Assembly (NCBI GenBank): GCA_046583355.1
Contig: JAYGCM010000002.1
Span: 1-12,242 of the forward strand
DNA: 12,242 nt
Direction of reading: 5' to 3'
DNA from: Deltaproteobacteria bacterium
Lineage (GTDB): Bacteria > Desulfobacterota > Binatia > UBA12015
Shown here piece after piece: positions 7,529 to 12,242 of this stretch (position 1 is the stretch's first letter; each line of letters opens with the position of its first letter). A model generated the notes under the pieces. It had not been told where the DNA came from, did not search any database, and saw only the letters and a program-made list of their open reading frames with translations. Position numbers and translations under genes: made by a program.

Positions 7529-8728
7529 ATGGATCTCGAATTCGGTGAAAAATACGAGGCCTTCCGCATGGAAGTCCGTTCGTTTCTGGAAAAGCACAAG
7601 CCGAAGCCCGGCAAGCGCCAAAGCCTCGGCAGGGAGGGGCGCAAGCCTCTGGTCGAGTGGTTGAGCCGGCAGATCGAGGCCGGCTATTGGGCGCGTACCA
7701 TCCCGACCGAATACGGCGGCTTCGGCGCGCCGCCGGACCTGCTCGACACCGTCATCATGGATGAGGAGTTCAACCGCGCCGGTGTGCCGCGTGGCTTCCC
7801 CGCCCAAGGCCCGGCCATGCTGGTGCCAACGCTCCTCGAATACGGCACTGAAGAACAGAAGAAGGCATGGATCGGCTGCACGATGCGCGCCGAGACCATC
7901 TGGTGTCAGGGCTACTCGGAGCCGGGTGCGGGCAGCGATCTCGCGAGCCTGCAGACGGCGGCCACCGAAGACGGCGACGATTTTGTCATCAACGGCCAGA
8001 AGATCTGGACCAGCACGGCCGACAAGGCCGATATGTGCTTCCTGCTGGTGCGCACCGAGCCCGACGCGCCCAAGCACCACGGCATCAGCTACGTGCTCGT
8101 CCCGATGGATACACCCGGTATCGAGGTTCAGCCGCTGCGGACCATGTCGGGCGACCTGGGCGAGAACTCCTTCAATCAGGTTTTCTTCACCGATGTGCGT
8201 GTACCCAAGGCCAATGTCGTGGCCGAGCGAGGCAAGGGTTGGCTGGTGGCGAATACGACGCTCAAGCACGAGCGCAACAGCCTCAGCGCCAACCCCGAAG
8301 GCCCGCTGGTCCGTCTGATGAAGCTGATGCGCGAAGAGACGGTGGACGGCATCCCGGCGATGGCGAGTCCCCTCTACCGCGATCGTCTGATGAAATTGCA
8401 GGGTCGTGTCCTGACGATGAAGACGCACGGCATGCGGATGCTCACCTGCACGCTGCGCAAGGAGTCGCCGGGTGTGGCGGGGCTGATCTCGAAGCTGCAG
8501 AATTGTCAGCTCAATTTTGATATAGCGACGCTGGCGCTCGACGTGATGGGCGAGCTGGGCGTCCTCTATGACCATACGAAATATGAGCGCGATAGGGCCT
8601 ATTGGCAGATCCATTCGATGTTCTCGCTCGGCCTGATCATCGGCGGCGGTACAGCGCAGATTCAGAAGAATATCATCGCGGAGCGTGGCCTCGGTATGCC
8701 GCGTGAGCCGAAACCGGCAAAGGCATAG
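7529..8728 (+). CDS. Acyl-CoA dehydrogenase, catalytic subunit of a probable alpha2beta2 enzyme (FadE26/FadE29-like), 399 aa
   Basis: Strong purine-rich SD (GGAGGAGGGG) upstream. WCQGYSEPGAGSDLASL, INGQKIWTS, FNQVFFTDVRVP, TTLKHER (Glu248) and IGGGTAQIQKNIIAERGLGMPR. Confidence 0.94.
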   Translation: MDLEFGEKYEAFRMEVRSFLEKHKPKPGKRQSLGREGRKPLVEWLSRQIEAGYWARTIPTEYGGFGAPPDLLDTVIMDEEFNRAGVPRGFPAQGPAMLVPTLLEYGTEEQKKAWIGCTMRAETIWCQGYSEPGAGSDLASLQTAATEDGDDFVINGQKIWTSTADKADMCFLLVRTEPDAPKHHGISYVLVPMDTPGIEVQPLRTMSGDLGENSFNQVFFTDVRVPKANVVAERGKGWLVANTTLKHERNSLSANPEGPLVRLMKLMREETVDGIPAMASPLYRDRLMKLQGRVLTMKTHGMRMLTCTLRKESPGVAGLISKLQNCQLNFDIATLALDVMGELGVLYDHTKYERDRAYWQIHSMFSLGLIIGGGTAQIQKNIIAERGLGMPREPKPAKA

Positions 8729-8738
8729 GGGCATCCTC

Positions 8739-9821
8739 ATGGATTTTGGACTTTCGGAAGATCAGAACCTGATTGCGGAAACGGCGCGCGGCTTTCTCGC
8801 CGACAAGGTGGGAATCGAGCGCGTGCGTGAGTTGCGCGAAGCGGGCACCTGGAACGACCGCGGCATCTGGCAGGAATTGGCCGGCCTCGGGCTTACGGGA
8901 ATCCTCGTGCCGGAGGCGGCAGGCGGCTCGGCCTTGTCTCTGCTCGACGCGGCCCTGGTCGCCCAGGCGATGGGCTTTGCTGCGACGCCGCAACCCTACC
9001 TGGGCTCGGCCATCATGGTGCCTATGGCCTTGCGCGAGGTCGGCGGCGAGCAGGCCGACGCGTGGTTGGGCGAGTTGGCGCGCGGTGAGATCTTCTTCGG
9101 TCTGGCGATCACGGAGCTTTGGGCCAAGCGGGAGGGCGCCGGCGTGCGCCTCGAAGACGGCCGGCTGCACGGCAAGGCGATGATGGCGTGGGATGCGATC
9201 GGCGGTGATCACATTCTCGTCGCACTGGATGCGTCGAGGATGGCCGTCGTGGCCGGAAGCGCCGCGGGGCTGCGCAAGGAACGCCTGCGCACCATCGATG
9301 TCACGCGCTGCACCTCCGAGCTGGTCTTCGAGGGTGTAGAGCCCGAAGTTGTTTATCCGGATGCCGGTCGGGCCGTTGAGCAGATGTTGCGCGCCGGGCG
9401 TATCGCCTTGGCGGCGGATTCGCTCGGTGCCTGTGAGGCGATGGTCGAACAGGCCGTAGCCTATTCGCTGGAGCGCAAACAATTCAACCGCGTGATCGGC
9501 TCCTTCCAGGCGGTGAAACATATGTGCGCCGAGATGATCGCCGAGTTGGAGCCGGCCCGTTCGCTGGTCTGGTACGCCGCGCATAGCTTTGAGGCGATCC
9601 CCGAAGAGGCACCGCTGCTGGCCTGCCATGCGCTCGCGCACCTCTGTGAGATCGGCCACGAAATCGCCAGCGTCTCGACCCAGGTCCACGGCGGTACGGG
9701 CTGGACCGACGAGCAGAACCTCCACTTCTGGTTCAAGCGCCTCGGCGTCGCGCGCCACCAATTGGGCGGCCCCGAGTACCTGCGCCGCCAAGCCGCCGAG
9801 TTGCAGGGCCTGGCTGCGTAG
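8739..9821 (+). CDS. Acyl-CoA dehydrogenase family, partner subunit (FadE27/FadE28-like), 360 aa
   Basis: ATG 8739 (MDFGLSEDQ) after AGGGG, 10 nt downstream of the previous stop. RKQFNRVIGSFQAVKH and QVHGGTGWTDE are present, while the TEPxxGSD motif is degenerate (ITELWAKRE) and YEGT is absent. Confidence 0.92.
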   Translation: MDFGLSEDQNLIAETARGFLADKVGIERVRELREAGTWNDRGIWQELAGLGLTGILVPEAAGGSALSLLDAALVAQAMGFAATPQPYLGSAIMVPMALREVGGEQADAWLGELARGEIFFGLAITELWAKREGAGVRLEDGRLHGKAMMAWDAIGGDHILVALDASRMAVVAGSAAGLRKERLRTIDVTRCTSELVFEGVEPEVVYPDAGRAVEQMLRAGRIALAADSLGACEAMVEQAVAYSLERKQFNRVIGSFQAVKHMCAEMIAELEPARSLVWYAAHSFEAIPEEAPLLACHALAHLCEIGHEIASVSTQVHGGTGWTDEQNLHFWFKRLGVARHQLGGPEYLRRQAAELQGLAA

Positions 9822-9990
9822 AGCAGCGGTTGATTCCGCAGGTGGGGGCGCCATGGGGTCGTCGCCATTCCGGGTAGGCAGGCATCGTCGCCGATTTCGC
9901 CTCATGCGGGCGAGGGCACCCGCCGACCGCTGGTTTCGGCACGCCGCGAACCCGTGATACTCGCAGATCGTAATCGGGAGGGTCTGAGAC

Positions 9991-12242
9991 GTGATGAGCA
10001 TATTCGGTCGTAATTCGATTCCGCATACGGGGATTCTGTTTTCTTTTCTGCTGATCGGCTTGGCATTGGCGCCAAGCGCAGCGCTGGCACAGGAAGATGT
10101 CGGGAAGCAATCCGCCACGTTGCAAGACGCGCCGAGCACCCAAGCGCCGGGATTCGAGCCTGCTCTCACGGGAACGATTGGTGATACGGGTACGGCCGAG
10201 CCTATGGGCGAGGCCTACGCCGAGGCGGTGGCGGCCGACGCAGTGGCGGCCCAGATGTCGCCGGCGACGCAGGGCCGGATCGAAGAGATCGTCGTCTCGG
10301 CGCGCCGGCGCAACGAGCGGCTTGAGGAAATCCCGGTGGCCGTGACGGCACTCACGCCGAGTGACCTCACCGAAGCGGGCGTCACGAGTATCTTGGATAT
10401 TGGCGCGTTGGTGCCGAATCTCCAGGTTATCAACTCGGGTGCGGGTGCGTCCTTCGTGATCCGCGGCATCGGTGCCTTCCCGGCCCCTTATTTCGATCAG
10501 GGCACCGGGCTTTATCTTGACGGGGTCTATATCCCCCGGCAGCAGGGCAATGTCACGGAGATGATCGATATCCGCCAGATCGAAGTGCTGCGTGGTCCCC
10601 AGGGGACCCTCTTCGGGAAGAATAGCGCCGGCGGCGCCATCAAGATCACGACCGCGTCGCCCGAGGCCGAGCTCGGCGCTTTTGTGCGGGTTCGCGCGAC
10701 CACGAACAACCTCATCCAGACGCGTGCGACTTTGAACCTCCCCCTGAACTTCGGCAGCTTCCAGGACCGGCTCGCGACGCGCCTGAATTTCGCCACGACC
10801 AACCAGAAGGGTTTTGTCCAGAACGAATTCCTCGACACCGCGGTGGGTAACCAGAACAACCTTGGTTTCCTCGGCTCTTTGCGTTTTCTCGCGACCGAGG
10901 ATCTGACTCTTGATGTCTCGGGAATGTGGAACCGCAACTGGAGTCGCGGCGCCGGGCCGCAATGCACCTATATTCAGCCCTCGCAATTGGCGGGCGTGTT
11001 TGATGCCGCACCGCCGTTCGGACCAGCCGCCTACGACCAGGCTTCGTATGAGGAGGCCTGCCGCGAATCGGGTCGCTACACGAACGCTTTGAACGTGTCT
11101 CAGGTCGCGAACCAGCAGTCCTGGATGCTCTGGAGTGCGGCCACTTGGGATGTCGGTGCGCTGGGCTTCCTGGACGATGTGGAGGCGAAATTCCTGACCT
11201 CCTATCGGCAATACTTGGACTATCTGGTCGTGGATCTTGACGGTACGGAATTCGATATCTTTGAGGTCGACAATTCGGGCCGAAGTCCGTTTGGCGGTTC
11301 TCCGGCAGGAGGTTGGTCGATTACCGAAGAGATCCAGTTTGCCGGCACGGCCCTGGATGGCCGTCTCAATTTTGTTTCCGGCCTCTTCGGGTCGATGGAA
11401 TCCTCACATGACGATAGTGTGCTTCTGGTTCTTCGCGATACCATTTCGGACGCCAATGGCGGCACGACGCTCGGCCAGTTCACGACGAATAACTGGGATT
11501 GGTCGATTTTCGGTCAGGCTGATTTTGCCTGGACCGAATGGCTCAGCACGACGGGCGGCATCCGCCTTGAGCGAGCGAAGAAGGCTGTCGATCGGTTGCG
11601 AATCCAGCCGGTCGAGGATGCCTATCCGGGGCCCGTCGCCTGCCAGCCCGGTACCGGGCCGGGCAATGCCGATGCCGACGGTCGCGCCGTTCCCTGCGAA
11701 CCGGTACCGACGCCGAATAATCGGGTGCCGAATTCGGGCAATTGTGCTGCAGGCACCGGGCCCCTCCCGGTGTTCGATGCGGGTGGGAATATCATCGAAT
11801 TTCTCTCTGGCGATGTGCCGTGCGAGCCCGTGGCCTGGGAACGGCAGCGCTATTTCACCAATTGGTCACCGATGGTCTCGGCACGCTTTACGATGCCCGA
11901 CGAGCTTCTGGAAGATACCGTGGTGGATCATCTGATGGGCTATGTGCAATTCGCCCGCGGGTTCAAGAACGGCGGTTTCAACGGAGGCGCGCTTGATAAT
12001 GATCCGCGCAACCGCGCGTCATTCGATTCCGAGATCGCCGATACCTTCGAGGTCGGTTTGAAGACGATTTCCTTCAATCAGATGCTGACGGCGAACTTCA
12101 CCTGGTTCGCGACGCAATACCAAAATCTCCAACTCCCCACTGTGGAAACTCTCTTCCCCGCAGAAGGTTGTGTGCCTCCCGAAGGCCTCGAGGAATGCCT
12201 GCCGGTGGCGGCGACTTTCACGCGTAATGTGCCCAAAGCGTC
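9991..12242 (+). CDS. TonB-dependent outer-membrane receptor, 5' part (at least 750 codons, runs off the right edge)
   Basis: Hand translation with no stop from GTG 9991/ATG 9994 (GGAGG at 9977-9981). Signal peptide ILFSFLLIGLALAPSAALA|QE, TonB box EEIVVSA (10282-10302) followed by RRRNERLEEIPVAVTAL, plug motif IEVLRGPQGTLFGKNSAGGAI, and barrel motifs ARGFKNGGFN and DTFEVGLK. Confidence 0.95.
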   Translation, partial: MMSIFGRNSIPHTGILFSFLLIGLALAPSAALAQEDVGKQSATLQDAPSTQAPGFEPALTGTIGDTGTAEPMGEAYAEAVAADAVAAQMSPATQGRIEEIVVSARRRNERLEEIPVAVTALTPSDLTEAGVTSILDIGALVPNLQVINSGAGASFVIRGIGAFPAPYFDQGTGLYLDGVYIPRQQGNVTEMIDIRQIEVLRGPQGTLFGKNSAGGAIKITTASPEAELGAFVRVRATTNNLIQTRATLNLPLNFGSFQDRLATRLNFATTNQKGFVQNEFLDTAVGNQNNLGFLGSLRFLATEDLTLDVSGMWNRNWSRGAGPQCTYIQPSQLAGVFDAAPPFGPAAYDQASYEEACRESGRYTNALNVSQVANQQSWMLWSAATWDVGALGFLDDVEAKFLTSYRQYLDYLVVDLDGTEFDIFEVDNSGRSPFGGSPAGGWSITEEIQFAGTALDGRLNFVSGLFGSMESSHDDSVLLVLRDTISDANGGTTLGQFTTNNWDWSIFGQADFAWTEWLSTTGGIRLERAKKAVDRLRIQPVEDAYPGPVACQPGTGPGNADADGRAVPCEPVPTPNNRVPNSGNCAAGTGPLPVFDAGGNIIEFLSGDVPCEPVAWERQRYFTNWSPMVSARFTMPDELLEDTVVDHLMGYVQFARGFKNGGFNGGALDNDPRNRASFDSEIADTFEVGLKTISFNQMLTANFTWFATQYQNLQLPTVETLFPAEGCVPPEGLEECLPVAATFTRNVPKA
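11641..11832 (+). repeat. Duplicated peptide module C-x2-GTGP...VPCEPV inside the TonB-dependent receptor
   Basis: Copy 1 is CQPGTGPGNADADGRAVPCEPV (11641-11706). Copy 2 is CAAGTGPLPVFDAGGNIIEFLSGDVPCEPV (11743-11832). Confidence 0.7.

Noticed and set aside
8685..8738. Extended start for the second ACAD
   Set aside because: It overlaps the previous gene by 44 nt. ATG 8739 has an SD and the typical MDFGLSEDQ start.
6107..8740. 877-aa minus-strand ORF
   Set aside because: It lies antisense to three well-supported genes and has no recognisable motifs. Long shadow ORFs are expected opposite GC-rich genes.
9822..9990. Possible terminator, sigma54 promoter, riboswitch or operator copy upstream of the receptor
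   Set aside because: Only 4-5-bp stems without a U-tract are present (e.g. GCGGG/CCCGC at 9906-9923). GGCAC lacks a correctly spaced -12 GC. No cobalamin or TPP riboswitch core was recognised, and CGTAAT is not the CGGTAA-N16-TTACCG motif.
8673..11211. Minus-strand ORFs 8673-10169 (498 aa) and 9733-11211 (492 aa)
   Set aside because: They are antisense shadows of the second ACAD and the TonB receptor, with no domain signatures.
10800..12242. Lower GC in parts of the receptor gene as a sign of horizontal transfer
   Set aside because: Spot counts differ (29/60 GC at 11221-11280 versus 43/60 at 9001-9060), but the Asn/Phe/Tyr/Asp-rich barrel composition can explain this. No mobile-element ends are visible.

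Overview
GC-rich bacterial window holding a divergent acyl-CoA catabolic cluster. The left (minus-strand) arm is a translationally coupled operon: carboxyltransferase (5609-3921), biotin carboxylase/biotin-carrier subunit (3924-1984), AtuA-family protein (1984-221), and a TetR-family regulator (224 to the window edge, absent from the ORF track). The right (plus-strand) arm has an enoyl-CoA hydratase, a TIGR03084/DinB-like metal-binding protein and two tandem acyl-CoA dehydrogenases with the signatures of an alpha2beta2 heterotetramer. A cysteine-rich TonB-dependent receptor follows (9991 to the window edge, also absent from the track), which implies a diderm host. The divergent intergenic region has two copies of a palindromic operator-like site (CGGTAA-N16-TTACCG), 85 bp apart, flanking a TTGACA -35 box. 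The gene set resembles the Pseudomonas atu and mycobacterial accA2/accD2 clusters for beta-branched acyl-CoA degradation, but combines features that suggest a bulky branched lipid, terpenoid or sterol side-chain substrate. No mobile elements, CRISPR arrays or RNA genes were seen.
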